This document shows positions 1-10,706 of a stretch of DNA of 64,000 nucleotides, piece by piece. Under the pieces are notes generated by a model. The model worked only from the letters and a program-made list of their open reading frames with translations, did no database searches and was not told where the DNA came from. This stretch comes from an uncultured Gammaproteobacteria bacterium (GTDB taxonomy: Bacteria; Patescibacteriota; Microgenomatia; UBA8517; JACQJR01), in NCBI GenBank assembly GCA_964442455.1, contig CAYTZB010000003.1:19842-83841 (forward strand), in the 5' to 3' direction. Position numbers and translations under genes: made by a program. Position 1 is the first letter of the stretch. Every line of letters starts with the position of its first letter.

Positions 1-364
1 AGTCAGACAAGCCATAGAGGTTTTTAGAGAAATTGGTAAAGCAACAACGTCAGCTTTCTTTATTAGACAAAATTTCTATTTAGGAGATGGTGAGGTTTCT
101 TTGTGGTTGGCAGTAAAGCGTCAACGGCCTTCTTGGTATTGACTTTAAATTAACGTGAATTAGGCGAGTTTTTGTTGAGGGAAGACAAGGCAGGGTATTC
201 GTATATACCTGTTTTACATCATTTTTAATGCAAATTAAGGTTAAACAGGTATATAATAAATGAAATGAAAAAACTCTACTCCGCTAAAGCTTCGCAGGGC
301 AAGCGAGTACTATCTGGCATTAGGGCCCTTCGGCAAGCTCAGGGTAAACTGGGGAGGTATTTTT

Positions 365-1357
365 GTGGCTAAGAAGCGTCGTGTGTTGTCGGGAATAAGA
401 GCTACTGGGAGACTACACCTTGGGAATTATTTAGGTGCGGTGAAGGGTATGCTGGCACTGCAGGATGACCCTGGGTATGAAACCTTTTATATGGTTGCGG
501 ACCTTCATACTATTACAACGCCATACGACCCTGAAGAACTCCGGAAAAATGTACGCGAGGTGATTTTGGATTATCTTGCCGCAGGGCTTAATCCCAAAAA
601 ATCTGTCATTTTTGTCCAATCACACGTTCCCGAGCATGTTGAACTTGCGTATTTGTTTTCCACGCTCGTTAGCGTGGCTAGAATGCAGCATCTCCCCACT
701 TTCAAAGAAAAGGTAAAACAATACCCACAAGCGGTTACCATGGCCTTACTTAACTATCCGGTCTTGATGGCCGCTGACATATTGATGTATAAAGCTAATC
801 TTGTCCCTGTTGGCATTGATCAAGAACCACATCTCGAGATTGCGCGTGAGATTGCCCGAAAAGTTAACGAGCGATACGGTTTATCGTTTCCAGAACCACA
901 ACGCTTCTCAACAAATGGTGAATATGTTCCATCCTTGACTGGCGAGGGGAAAATGAGTAAATCAGTTGAGGGAAGTTATATTAATTTAACAGACGATTTA
1001 AAGACTATAAAAGAAAAGTTGGCTAAAGTACCCACAGACAGTGGAGTTTCAGGCGGACCTATTCCAGAAGTTGGTGGTGTTAGAAGTCTCTATGTATTTT
1101 ACAGTCTTTTCGCACCAGATAAGTTTAAAGAAGAATTTGAGAAACCATACAAAGAGGGCAGAATTCGTTATGAACGAATCAAAAATAGCCTAGCACAAGC
1201 TATCTACCACGAACTCGAACCAATTCAGAAGAAGAGAATAGAATTCGAAAAAAATCCGAAACAGGTTGACGAAATCATCGAGGATGGCAATTCCCGCGCA
1301 CGAGTTGTTGCACAAGAGACCCTCAAGGAAGTAAAAGAGTTAATGGGGTTAGGGTAG
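365..1357 (+). CDS. trpS: tryptophan--tRNA ligase (class I aminoacyl-tRNA synthetase)
   Basis: GTG start. HIGH-type motif HLGNY near the N-terminus and a KMSKS motif. About 330 aa, typical TrpRS size. Confidence 0.85.
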   Translation: MAKKRRVLSGIRATGRLHLGNYLGAVKGMLALQDDPGYETFYMVADLHTITTPYDPEELRKNVREVILDYLAAGLNPKKSVIFVQSHVPEHVELAYLFSTLVSVARMQHLPTFKEKVKQYPQAVTMALLNYPVLMAADILMYKANLVPVGIDQEPHLEIAREIARKVNERYGLSFPEPQRFSTNGEYVPSLTGEGKMSKSVEGSYINLTDDLKTIKEKLAKVPTDSGVSGGPIPEVGGVRSLYVFYSLFAPDKFKEEFEKPYKEGRIRYERIKNSLAQAIYHELEPIQKKRIEFEKNPKQVDEIIEDGNSRARVVAQETLKEVKELMGLG

Positions 1358-2569
1358 TCGCTCCGGGAGCGCTACTCCAACTGTACTATTATCTATGGTT
1401 GAGGCCCAATTTGCTACAATCGCGCGCGTGACCGGATAATAATCAAACCACGCCTGACCCTCTGCATCTGCAGTGAGTGTTCTAAATGTTTCTCTTCCCA
1501 TCCCTTTGCTATAGAGTTTAGAAGCGACAATGAGTCGATAACTTTTTACTCCGGAGTCCAAAGTTCTTTCCGTAAAGATGTATCCCCTCTTGGCGTCAAT
1601 AATGCTTTTTCTTACTATTGAAGTTTGTGGGGCGGACGTCCTTACCTTTTCAATTTTAGTAAACGCCTGTTCGATGGTGTCCGCGGTGTCCACCCCCCCT
1701 TCAGAACCTCCTATTTGAATCGCAATCTCGGGTTTTTTATTGGGTCTCCTTCCCTCAAGTTCAACACCGCCTTTCGCGTAGAGTAACAGACCATTATCTT
1801 CACCAACAATAGTCGATATTAACCACCCTTTTGGCACGGGATAAAGAGAATCAAATGCCGCAACTAAGAACCAGTCTCCCTTCTCGGTGGTAACACTGAA
1901 TCCGTACGGATTTTGAAGGTTTTCGCCCGGTAGAAATAGTCCTTGCGGAATCTTGAGGTTGGGAATTCGGGTTACTAGCACCTCAGGAGGAATTTGTGTC
2001 TGTGGGTTTAACTCGACAAAAGAGGCTGACCAGCCAACCTGAAGTTTGCTTCCTTTACAATCAATGTCTGCATTCCCTTTCCACACGTTACTATCTGGTC
2101 CAAATGTTCCTTGAATAGTCACTCGGGTGCCTTGGAGGGCATCGAACTCCGTGAAGGAGAAAGAGTTCTGTTTAATCGGAGGATCTTTTGCCACTGCCAA
2201 CATATTGTCAGTTGGGCAGCCAGGAATATTATACTTTATACTGAACAAGTGGATGATGTTCCCTGACTCTACTACAAAACCAACGTCGCGTCCTTCGGAG
2301 GTTGTACCAATATACGTCCCAGTAAATGTTCTCTCTCGTTTGAGCTCTGTAGGTGGGGTGGTGGGTGCTATTTCGACGCGTGGTGTCACTTCAATAAGCG
2401 GGGTGGGGGTTGGTTGTACCTCGGTGGTGGGCACTGGCCTCGGACTTGCTGCAGGTCCACCGCTCTCAGGTGGGGGAGCTGCCCTTGAATCTTGACCGCA
2501 CGCAACACCCAGTATTGCTATCCCCATTGCAATAGGCATTCTCAATCGCCGTTCAGTAAGAAACATCAC
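1349..2569 (-). CDS. hypothetical secreted/lipoprotein-like protein
   Basis: Hydrophobic N-terminal signal ending in ..LGVACGQ, then a Pro/Thr-rich linker (PTPTPLIEVTP...) and a globular domain. No recognisable catalytic motif. Confidence 0.4.
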   Translation of the reverse strand: MMFLTERRLRMPIAMGIAILGVACGQDSRAAPPPESGGPAASPRPVPTTEVQPTPTPLIEVTPRVEIAPTTPPTELKRERTFTGTYIGTTSEGRDVGFVVESGNIIHLFSIKYNIPGCPTDNMLAVAKDPPIKQNSFSFTEFDALQGTRVTIQGTFGPDSNVWKGNADIDCKGSKLQVGWSASFVELNPQTQIPPEVLVTRIPNLKIPQGLFLPGENLQNPYGFSVTTEKGDWFLVAAFDSLYPVPKGWLISTIVGEDNGLLLYAKGGVELEGRRPNKKPEIAIQIGGSEGGVDTADTIEQAFTKIEKVRTSAPQTSIVRKSIIDAKRGYIFTERTLDSGVKSYRLIVASKLYSKGMGRETFRTLTADAEGQAWFDYYPVTRAIVANWASTIDNSTVGVALPERLP

Positions 2570-2671
2570 GCATTTATATCTTTTCCAGAAGGGTTTGTCA
2601 ACTAACTTCTATTTCGCAGTCCCACGCTGTTGCCCAAGAAACCCTTCAAGAAGTAAAACGAGCAATGGGAC

Positions 2672-3361
2672 TTACCTAAGTTTTGCTAGTCTTTCTACAG
2701 CAGCCTCTATTTCATGCCACCCAGCTACACGAGTTATATGATGAGCTGTAGCATTTCTGTTCCAGGGCCAATCAAGTAAAATAACTGGAACATTCATCGC
2801 TTCAGCAACTTCTTGGTGATCCTCAATAACAAGATGCGCGCCAATTGCGTTTATTGCGGCTACTTTATGATCAAGTGCTGTGTTTCCTATATTTGGAGAA
2901 ACAGCTCTTGTGGATAAGTGAACTCCTGTTTCTGGGAAAAGCAGTCCATGTCTAGAAAGCCACGATACGGTCGTTTCGTTAAGGTGGGTGGGTCGTGCAC
3001 TGACGTAGTGAATTACATGATTTTGGCCAATATTTTGTAGGACTGGTACAGCATGAGGTAAAGGTTCTGCTTCGTGGTATAGGTCAGGATCTCTATAATA
3101 CCGCTGGAAGACTACATTTTTTTCATTTTCGGTAAGATGAGATGCATATTTTTCGATAAAACTAGGTAAGAAATTAAAAGTTGAGATATCTTCCGTTTGT
3201 AATGAAGTCCCAAACTCTTCATTAAATCGCATCAATACTCTCAAGAATAAATCGTTTATAGTAGAGTCTATGTCACAGGCAATCACAAGCCTGCGGTAAC
3301 TTTCAGGTGTTTGTGGTTTTTCTCCGTCTTCTTTGCTCATTTTTCTCCATATTACTCTCAC
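2672..3361 (-). CDS. HAD-superfamily hydrolase (possible nucleotidase/phosphatase)
   Basis: HAD motif I, DxDxT, present as VIACDIDSTIND. 229 aa. Confidence 0.45.
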   Translation of the reverse strand: MRVIWRKMSKEDGEKPQTPESYRRLVIACDIDSTINDLFLRVLMRFNEEFGTSLQTEDISTFNFLPSFIEKYASHLTENEKNVVFQRYYRDPDLYHEAEPLPHAVPVLQNIGQNHVIHYVSARPTHLNETTVSWLSRHGLLFPETGVHLSTRAVSPNIGNTALDHKVAAINAIGAHLVIEDHQEVAEAMNVPVILLDWPWNRNATAHHITRVAGWHEIEAAVERLAKLR

Positions 3362-3447
3362 AAAGTAAAACGAGCAATGGGACTCCTTTAAAGAGTATCC
3401 ATGCAGCCCATGGTACTCTCAATCTTTTTGTGCTATAATTTTCTATT

Positions 3448-5322
3448 ATGAAACCTCGGATTCCGAAACCAAAAATGAGAAAATTTGAGTTGCGCCTTCA
3501 CTTTAATTTGCGCACGTTTCTGCTTATTCTTCTTATTCTTTTCTTCACGGTGCCGTTTTTCTTTTCTCTCTCAGGGATGAGACAAGGGACAGAGGAGATT
3601 GCGCTTTCTGCTGCACTTACCGACATTAAGGAACGCAAAGTTGAGAAAGTACACATAGAACAGGATAGGGTATCGCTTACCTATAAAGATGGGACTGCGC
3701 GTGTCGCGTTCAAAGAATCTAATGAGTCATTTGGACAAATACTCAAGAATGCAGATATTGACCCCAGCACGGTCTCTTACACTGTCGCTGACCAGACTTT
3801 CTCACGGATATGGGTTGATATCTTGGGAATATTGCTTCCCGTGGGTCTTATGGTGCTTTTCTTTCTCTTCATTTTCAGGCAAGCAAGAGGCGCCCAAGAG
3901 ACACTCTTTAGTTTTGGGCAATCAAGAGCCCGCTTGTTTGCCAAAGGGAAACAAAATGTGACATTTAAGGATGTTGCAGGCGTTGATGAGGCAAAGAAGG
4001 AACTCGAGGAGGTGGTTGATTTCTTAAAGAACCCCGGAAAGTATCGCGCGATGGGCGCTCGAACCCCGAAGGGGGTACTCTTGTTTGGGCCAAGCGGAGT
4101 AGGTAAAACCCTCCTGGCGCGTGCATTAGCGGGTGAGGCAGGGGTGCCATTTTTCTCAATCGCAGGAAGCGAGTTTATGGAGATGTTGGTAGGAGTCGGT
4201 GCTTCACGCGTTCGTGACCTATTTGATAATGCCAAAAAAGCTGCCCCTTCCATTATTTTCATTGATGAGATAGATGCAATAGGAAGACAGCGTGGGTTTG
4301 GAGTTACCGGTGGCCATGATGAGCGAGAACAGACATTGAACCAAATTTTGGTTGAGATGGATGGATTTACACCGAATGATAATGTGGTGGTACTTGCGGC
4401 AACCAATAGGGGAGATTTGTTGGATCCGGCACTTCTTCGTCCTGGGCGATTTGACCGACGGGTAGTGCTTGACATGCCGGATAAAGAAGGGCGGCTGGCA
4501 ATTTTACGCATTCATGCACGAGGTAAGCGGTTTAGCCATAACATAAATTGGGATAGAACTGCCGAGCGTACTGTTGGGTTTTCTGGAGCAGATCTTGAGA
4601 ATATGCTCAATGAAGCGGCAATTTTGGCAGCGCGCGATGAGAAGAAAGAAATCACCATGGTTGAGATTGAGGAGGCGGCAACGAAGGTAAAGCTTGGACC
4701 TGCCAAGAAACGGCTTCAAACAGAAGAGGATAAGAAGATTACTGCGTATCATGAAGCAGGGCACGGTATTGTGACGCATAACTTGCCCCACATGGACCCG
4801 GTACACCGCATTTCTATCGTCGCGCGCGGTATGTCTCTGGGGCACACACTTATTCCTCCAGCGGCTGACCGCTCGCATGAAACGAAGAGTCATTTACTTG
4901 AGCAAATAACCGCGATGCTCGGCGGTCGAGCAGCCGAGGAGCTTGTGTTTCGTGAGATGACGACAGGCGCAGCCAACGATATTGAAGGAGCAACTCGTCT
5001 TGCACGGCATATGGTAATTGATTTTGGCATGTCGGAACTTGGTCCGATTGATTTAGGGCCGCAAGTGGAATATGGCGAGTTTGGGAAAGCATGGCTTGAA
5101 CCGACACAAGTTTCTCCTGCAATGCAAGAGAAGGTAGATCGCGAAGTCAAAAAAATAATTGATTCATGCTACAAGCAGGCACGAGCAACTCTTCACAGCG
5201 CACGTAGGGGACTCGATACGGTAGCGCAAGCTTTGATTGAGCGCGAGACCCTCGAGCGAGATGATTTTGAGAAACTTGTTGGTCCAAAGCCTACCACTGC
5301 CCCTGCTTTTGTGAAGGTGTAA
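3448..5322 (+). CDS. ftsH: ATP-dependent zinc metalloprotease FtsH
   Basis: N-terminal TM segments. AAA Walker A GPSGVGKT and SRH region. Zinc-binding HEAGH motif. 624 aa. Confidence 0.9.
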   Translation: MKPRIPKPKMRKFELRLHFNLRTFLLILLILFFTVPFFFSLSGMRQGTEEIALSAALTDIKERKVEKVHIEQDRVSLTYKDGTARVAFKESNESFGQILKNADIDPSTVSYTVADQTFSRIWVDILGILLPVGLMVLFFLFIFRQARGAQETLFSFGQSRARLFAKGKQNVTFKDVAGVDEAKKELEEVVDFLKNPGKYRAMGARTPKGVLLFGPSGVGKTLLARALAGEAGVPFFSIAGSEFMEMLVGVGASRVRDLFDNAKKAAPSIIFIDEIDAIGRQRGFGVTGGHDEREQTLNQILVEMDGFTPNDNVVVLAATNRGDLLDPALLRPGRFDRRVVLDMPDKEGRLAILRIHARGKRFSHNINWDRTAERTVGFSGADLENMLNEAAILAARDEKKEITMVEIEEAATKVKLGPAKKRLQTEEDKKITAYHEAGHGIVTHNLPHMDPVHRISIVARGMSLGHTLIPPAADRSHETKSHLLEQITAMLGGRAAEELVFREMTTGAANDIEGATRLARHMVIDFGMSELGPIDLGPQVEYGEFGKAWLEPTQVSPAMQEKVDREVKKIIDSCYKQARATLHSARRGLDTVAQALIERETLERDDFEKLVGPKPTTAPAFVKV

Positions 5323-5324
5323 CT

Positions 5325-5921
5325 ATGGCAGGAGAAACGGTAATAAAAACTGAACTTCGAGAACGAGGAGAGCATTTCCTACACGAGCTTTACGATCGGA
5401 TTTCTATGTGGACGGCCCTACAGAATATGAGGCTTATTGCAGAGTTTGGGAGTCAAGAGATAAGAAATTGGCAACAAGGAGAGGGACGTGATCTTGGATC
5501 TTCTGTTTCTTTGAGATTTTTATTGGAAAAGGGAAGAATTGTCGCCAGTGATACGGTAACCTTTGGAATGGCATTAGGCGAGGGTTTGCGTTCACGATAC
5601 GATAGGGAACGCTCAATAAGACTGCAGCTTGGTGGTTTTTATTGGCCTCCAAGAGAAGGGAAGGAGCTGGGGATTGATGATCTACGGGCAATGGTTACCC
5701 AGAATTTCTCCGGTGATTTCCTCTTCGGTGAAGTTTACTTTGATCAGGGTCAGCAAAGGATACTGACTGATTGTTGGGCGGACGACTTTCGATTTGGTGG
5801 TCAAGGTATAGGCAAAGGAAGTTTGTATGGCTGGCCACAAGAGGAGATTGTAAGCGAGAGGGGAATGCAAGGATCCCTCAGAATTGTTGAACGAACGGTA
5901 CTTCAGGGGAGAAAACGATAG
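5325..5921 (+). CDS. hypothetical protein
   Basis: Long ORF immediately after ftsH in the same orientation. No motif recognised. Confidence 0.25.
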   Translation: MAGETVIKTELRERGEHFLHELYDRISMWTALQNMRLIAEFGSQEIRNWQQGEGRDLGSSVSLRFLLEKGRIVASDTVTFGMALGEGLRSRYDRERSIRLQLGGFYWPPREGKELGIDDLRAMVTQNFSGDFLFGEVYFDQGQQRILTDCWADDFRFGGQGIGKGSLYGWPQEEIVSERGMQGSLRIVERTVLQGRKR

Positions 5922-5953
5922 TTTTGGGTTCATTTCTGCTATAATTCCTTTAC

Positions 5954-6979
5954 ATGACCCCCAAAAAGCTCGTTCTTAATCCAAAGGATCAAGGTTCAGC
6001 GAAGCTGGTTCTTATTGATGGGAATGCTATTTTGCATCGCGCGTATCATGCGCTTCCTCCGTTAACCAACCGACAAGGCCAAATAGTCAACGCAGTGTAT
6101 GGATTTTGTACGATGCTTTTCCGCGTTGTTCAGGATTTGAAGCCTTCACATCTGGCAGTTGCATTCGATACCGAGAAACCAACCTTTCGGCATGCTGCGT
6201 ACGTGGGGTATCAAGCACAGAGACCTCGGATGGAATCAGATTTGTCAGAGCAAATTGCACTTGTTCAAGATATGGTAAGTACAATGGGGGTTCCCATTTA
6301 TATTGCTCCTGGATACGAGGCGGATGATGTGATTGGAACGCTTGCGCATCAAGCAAAAAGCAATAAGCAAAAAGCCGCGCCCGCCAAAGCTAAGCTTAGG
6401 CGATGCGGGCGGGCAATAAGCGAAGTAATCGTGGTAACCGGTGATCGGGATCTTTTTCAGCTTATTAACAAACACGTCAAAGTGTACTCTCCAATGAAGG
6501 GATTGTCAGAAGCACAGGTATTTGATGAGAAAGGGGTAGAGGATTACATGGGAATTCCCTCGACAAAAATCGTCGATTATAAAGCGCTTATTGGTGACTC
6601 TTCAGATAATTATTCCGGAGTTCCTGGAATTGGTCCGAAGACAGCAGTTGCCCTCCTTAAAAAGTATGGGAGCTTTGAGGGGATATATAAACACATAAAA
6701 GAGCTTGAACCATCGCTCGTTCAGAAACTATCAGAAGGACACGAAAGTGGGATACTATCTCGTGATCTTGCTACAATCAGAACCGATGCGCCGGTAGAAC
6801 TTGATCTTGAACATGCAAAGCTGCAGCCGTTTACAAGCAATGCGAGATTTATTAAAAGACTTCAAGAGCTTGGGTTTAAGAGTTTAGTGGCTCGGCTGCA
6901 AAATGGGACGGTCAAAGAGCAAAGAATGCCTAAAAAGAAGAAAGCTAGAAAAGGAGAGCAACAACTGAAGCTTGTGTGA
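5954..6979 (+). CDS. 5'-3' exonuclease (Pol I N-terminal / FEN-like stand-alone)
   Basis: LVLIDGNAILHRAYHALPPL and VVTGDRDLFQL motifs of the 5'-3' exonuclease family. H3TH region. Lys/Ala-rich low-complexity insert. Confidence 0.75.
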   Translation: MTPKKLVLNPKDQGSAKLVLIDGNAILHRAYHALPPLTNRQGQIVNAVYGFCTMLFRVVQDLKPSHLAVAFDTEKPTFRHAAYVGYQAQRPRMESDLSEQIALVQDMVSTMGVPIYIAPGYEADDVIGTLAHQAKSNKQKAAPAKAKLRRCGRAISEVIVVTGDRDLFQLINKHVKVYSPMKGLSEAQVFDEKGVEDYMGIPSTKIVDYKALIGDSSDNYSGVPGIGPKTAVALLKKYGSFEGIYKHIKELEPSLVQKLSEGHESGILSRDLATIRTDAPVELDLEHAKLQPFTSNARFIKRLQELGFKSLVARLQNGTVKEQRMPKKKKARKGEQQLKLV

Positions 6980-8088
6980 AAGGAATGAGAGTAGCGCTTG
7001 TACATGATTACATAAAAGAATACGGAGGAGCCGAGAGGGTTCTTGAGGCACTGCACGAGATTTGGCCGAAAGCACCAGTCTATACTACTGTCTATGCCCC
7101 TCGCTATTTAGGACCACACAGAGAGCGATTTAAAGAGTGGGACATTCGAACTTCTTGGTTGCAGTGGGTGCCGTTTAAAGAGAGGTTTATAAGTATCTTC
7201 AGGGTTATTGCACCCTTTCTGTTTAACAGCTGGGACTTCTCGAAATACGATGTAGTAATTGTCTCGGCAACCGGAGCTTATACGCCCAATTTAATTACAA
7301 AAGGAAAAGCTATCCATATTTGTTACTGTCATACGCCTCCTCGTTATTTGTATGGCTATCCGACGGCACGGGAGTGGAGTAAAAGCTTAGTACTTAGAGT
7401 TTTGAGCTTAGTGGCAAATCATGTGCTTCGGATGGTAGATTATACTGCTTCGCAACGGCCTGATTTTTTTATTGCAAACTCACAAGAAGTCGCTCGTCGA
7501 ATTAAGCGGTTTTATGGTCGCGATTCGGTAGCGATTTACCCACCCGTCGATATCCCAGCAACCCAGAAACCTAATAACCCACTATCCCGCACCTATTTTC
7601 TTGCTGGCGGAAGACTTGCTCGGCCTAAGAGGATTGATTTAGCCGTTGCTGCATGTACAAAGTTGAAGCTTCCTCTAAAAGTGTTTGGCAAACCATTCGC
7701 GGGTTATGGGGATGAATTGAAGGCTATTGCGGGTTCAACAGTTGAATTTCTCGGCGAGGTGAGTGATGAGGAAAAATATCGATTAATGGCTGGCGCAAAA
7801 GCATTTATTTTCCCTGCCCTTGAGGAAGATTTTGGGATTACTCCGGTTGAGGCAATGAGTGTGAGTACTCCTGTCATCGCACTTCGTTCAGGTGGAGTAG
7901 TGGAATCAGTAGTAGAAGGCAAAACCGGGATCTTTTTCAATGAACCAACAGTTGATACATTAGTTAATGCTTTGAAACAGTTTGATAGATTAAAGTTCAA
8001 TCACGTCGCAATTGCCAAACACGCTCAAAAATTTTCAAAAGAGAGATTTAAAAAAGAAATTCAAGAATTTGTGAATTCTAGAATCTAA
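6976..8088 (+). CDS. glycosyltransferase family 4
   Basis: C-terminal GT4 signature EDFGITPVEAMSVSTPVIA (E-X7-E-like region). Start overlaps the preceding stop. Confidence 0.7.
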   Translation: MKGMRVALVHDYIKEYGGAERVLEALHEIWPKAPVYTTVYAPRYLGPHRERFKEWDIRTSWLQWVPFKERFISIFRVIAPFLFNSWDFSKYDVVIVSATGAYTPNLITKGKAIHICYCHTPPRYLYGYPTAREWSKSLVLRVLSLVANHVLRMVDYTASQRPDFFIANSQEVARRIKRFYGRDSVAIYPPVDIPATQKPNNPLSRTYFLAGGRLARPKRIDLAVAACTKLKLPLKVFGKPFAGYGDELKAIAGSTVEFLGEVSDEEKYRLMAGAKAFIFPALEEDFGITPVEAMSVSTPVIALRSGGVVESVVEGKTGIFFNEPTVDTLVNALKQFDRLKFNHVAIAKHAQKFSKERFKKEIQEFVNSRI

Positions 8089-8649
8089 ATGATTTACTTG
8101 CCGTTTCTGCCTCGAGAAAAGATTAAACACCCAGCGCTCCTCTTGACCGCGCTTATAAGAATTGGGGCCAGTTATTTCTTTTTTATTGATCTTTGGGTCG
8201 GGTGGATTATCTGGACGGTTCTTGATACGCTAGACAGCATTCCTTTGAGAAATTTTGCTAAGTTAACGGCTATAGAATACGAGATATTTGATAAATATAT
8301 AGATAACGTTGTCTATATTGTGATGCTTTTGGCCTCAATAAAATATGGAGTTTTTTGGCCTCTCCTAGTATTAGTTTTTGCGAGAATAATCGGAGAGATT
8401 TTGTTTTTCAGAACGAAAGATGAAAAGTACTTAATTTACTTTCCTAATCTTTTTGAGCCTTATTGGCTCTGGACAGTAGCGGCGACTTCTCCACTGATTC
8501 CGACTTTTCTTGATATATTTAAAACCACAAACGGACTTATATATCTGGTACTACTCAAGTTGCTTCAGGAGGCTATTAAACATTATTTTGGCCCGAAGTA
8601 TATTTTCCCAATAGTTGATAGGTTTATGGGCCGAGACTATAACTTGTAA
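8089..8649 (+). CDS. hypothetical integral membrane protein
   Basis: Multiple hydrophobic helices. Start abuts the previous stop. Confidence 0.3.
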   Translation: MIYLPFLPREKIKHPALLLTALIRIGASYFFFIDLWVGWIIWTVLDTLDSIPLRNFAKLTAIEYEIFDKYIDNVVYIVMLLASIKYGVFWPLLVLVFARIIGEILFFRTKDEKYLIYFPNLFEPYWLWTVAATSPLIPTFLDIFKTTNGLIYLVLLKLLQEAIKHYFGPKYIFPIVDRFMGRDYNL

Positions 8650-8686
8650 TTTTACACTTTGAACTTTAAACTTTGAATCTAAGACT

Positions 8687-9553
8687 ATGCCAGAACTACC
8701 CGAAGTTGAAACAGTACGGAGAGGTCTAGAGAAGTATCTTGTGGGGCACACAATCACCGGCGTTGAAGTGAAACTTCGGAAATTAGTGAGTGGGGATACG
8801 CAGAATGTTATTGGCGGGAAGATAAAAGGTGTAAGACGAGCCGGCAAGGGACTCATTATTGATTTGGACAATGGGTATTCGGTTGCGATTCATATTAAAT
8901 TAACAGGACAACTGATTTATCAGGGGCCAGATTCGCCCAAGCTGAAACTTTCAGAGAAGGTGGGTGGTCAACTTCCTAACAAATGGACTCACGTGATTTT
9001 CAGGCTCGATAAGAATGCATTCCTTTACTATAACGATCTACGACAATTTGGGTGGATTAAGATTGTTAAGACCGATGAGATTAAAAATCTTCCGTTCTTT
9101 CGTGAGCTTGGTCCTGAGCCCCTCGTCACTGGAAGTTCCTCGGGGCAAGCCCCCTTAACGCTTGAGAAATTTAGAGAGATTGTTAGTCGTGCTTCTACCA
9201 AAATTAAACCGTTACTTATGGATCAAAAGAAAATCGGTGGGGTAGGGAATATTTACGCCAATGATGCACTATGGCTTGCTGGTATTGATCCCAGGCGAAC
9301 TGCAAAAGGTTTAACTCCCAATGAACAGTCGAAGTTGTATAATGCAATCCTTGAAGTGCTCAAAAAAGGGTTAGCCGAGGGTGGTGCTAGCGAACTTAAT
9401 TACGTCAATGCATTGGGACAGGAAGGGGGATATCAGAAGTACTTTTTGGTCTATGGACAAGAAGGCCAACCGTGTCCCAAGAAGCATGGATTAATACAGA
9501 AAATCTATTTAGCTGGAAGAGGCACGTATTTCTGTCCCGCCTGCCAGCGCTAG
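8687..9553 (+). CDS. mutM: formamidopyrimidine-DNA glycosylase (Fpg/MutM)
   Basis: N-terminal MPELPEVE with catalytic Pro2/Glu3. H2TH region. C-terminal zinc finger CPKKHG...CPACQ. Confidence 0.85.
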   Translation: MPELPEVETVRRGLEKYLVGHTITGVEVKLRKLVSGDTQNVIGGKIKGVRRAGKGLIIDLDNGYSVAIHIKLTGQLIYQGPDSPKLKLSEKVGGQLPNKWTHVIFRLDKNAFLYYNDLRQFGWIKIVKTDEIKNLPFFRELGPEPLVTGSSSGQAPLTLEKFREIVSRASTKIKPLLMDQKKIGGVGNIYANDALWLAGIDPRRTAKGLTPNEQSKLYNAILEVLKKGLAEGGASELNYVNALGQEGGYQKYFLVYGQEGQPCPKKHGLIQKIYLAGRGTYFCPACQR

Positions 9554-9584
9554 GGAGCAGGCTTTGCGGGCAGGCCGAAATGCC

Positions 9585-9655
9585 AAAAATAATTTTCAAT
9601 TTAAAATTTACAATTTTCAATGGAATAATGTTTAAAACATTAAAAATTTAGAATT
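9585..9655. repeat. AT-rich AATTTTCAATTT-type repeat element (intergenic mutM-recF)
   Basis: AAAAATAATTTTCAATTTAAAATTTACAATTTTCAATGGAATAATGTTTAAAACATTAAAAATTTAGAATTT, with an internal palindrome. Confidence 0.45.
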
Positions 9656-9656
9656 T

Positions 9657-10706
9657 ATGTTTATTAAGGCAATTACGCTTCAACATTTCCGAAGCTTTAG
9701 CAAGGCTACATTCTCTTTTTCTCCCAGAAAAACGACCATTATTGTTGGGCCAAACGCCTCGGGTAAAACAAATCTTCTTGAAGCGGTATATCTTCTTGCG
9801 ACAGGTAAGTCGTTCCGTGTGAGTATTGAGGAGGAAATGATAAAAACTGGCCAGGAGTTGGCACGAGTAACTGGAGTGGTTGAGACCGATGACGAACGCA
9901 AAACTTTAGAGGTGGTACTTACGCGTGGAGAGGTGGCGGGAGAGCGGGTAGGGAGAAAAAAACTCTCCATTAATCGTTTAGCAAAACGGCTTATGGATTA
10001 TCAAGGAACACTACGAATAGTTCTTTTTGGGCCTTGGGATATGGGACTGATTACCGATTCGCCATCCGTGAGAAGAAAATTCTTAGATAGTGTTCTTGTA
10101 CAAGTTGATCGTGAGTACAGACGAGCATTACTCTCTTACGAGAAAGGGCTTCGCGCACGCAATAAACTGCTTGAACGAATTCGGGATGAAGGTGCAGCAA
10201 GAGGTCAACTACTTTTTTGGGATAGACTCCTTATTAAAAATGGCGATTATTTAAGCAGTAAACGAGAGGAATTTCTGGAGTTTGTAAATAATACACCTGC
10301 CCTAGATAGCGAAATATTTCATCTAGAGTATGACAAGAGTGCAATTTCAGAAGCCCGACTTGCACAGTACGCGGATGAAGAAGTGTCAGCAGCAACGACA
10401 CTTGTCGGACCTCACCGTGACGATGTAGTCTTTAAAACTGATTCCAGAAATTTGGCAGTGTTTGGAAGTAGGGGAGAACAGCGTATGTGTGTGTTGTGGC
10501 TGAAATTAGCAGAATTGTCTTTTGTTGAAAAAACTACTGGTGAGAAACCAATCCTCCTTCTTGATGATATCTTTTCAGAGCTTGACCATCGCCATCGAGA
10601 AATTGTGATGGGCGTTATTGGCAAACAGCAGACTATTGTAACGACCGCAGATCCGCATACAATTATTGGTTTAAAAAAGGACGTAGAACGTATAGAATTA
10701 GGCTGA
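9657..10706 (+). CDS. recF: DNA replication and repair protein RecF
   Basis: Walker A GPNASGKTNLLEAVY. SMC-like signature. Walker B LLLDD near the C-terminus. Confidence 0.85.
   Translation: MFIKAITLQHFRSFSKATFSFSPRKTTIIVGPNASGKTNLLEAVYLLATGKSFRVSIEEEMIKTGQELARVTGVVETDDERKTLEVVLTRGEVAGERVGRKKLSINRLAKRLMDYQGTLRIVLFGPWDMGLITDSPSVRRKFLDSVLVQVDREYRRALLSYEKGLRARNKLLERIRDEGAARGQLLFWDRLLIKNGDYLSSKREEFLEFVNNTPALDSEIFHLEYDKSAISEARLAQYADEEVSAATTLVGPHRDDVVFKTDSRNLAVFGSRGEQRMCVLWLKLAELSFVEKTTGEKPILLLDDIFSELDHRHREIVMGVIGKQQTIVTTADPHTIIGLKKDVERIELG

Noticed and set aside
200-364. T-box riboswitch leader upstream of trpS
   Set aside because: Only an ATTAGGG heptamer resembles the T-box consensus. There is no convincing specifier stem with a UGG codon, and no terminator or antiterminator pair. 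Not supportable from sequence alone.
3777-4511. 244-aa ORF antisense within ftsH, and similar long antisense ORFs at 17203-17904, 33483-34016, 49675-50220 and 36082-36561
   Set aside because: They lie entirely inside well-supported genes on the opposite strand. They have low-complexity Ser/Pro/Arg-rich translations typical of antisense frames of GC-richer coding DNA, and no start or RBS context.
9560-9660. Possible CRISPR array suggested by the many short AT-rich direct repeats (AATTTTCAATTT, TTCCAATTT and similar) in intergenic regions
   Set aside because: The repeats are irregular in unit length and spacing, largely palindromic rather than separated by unique spacers, and no cas genes are present. 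They fit dispersed palindromic or MITE-like elements instead.
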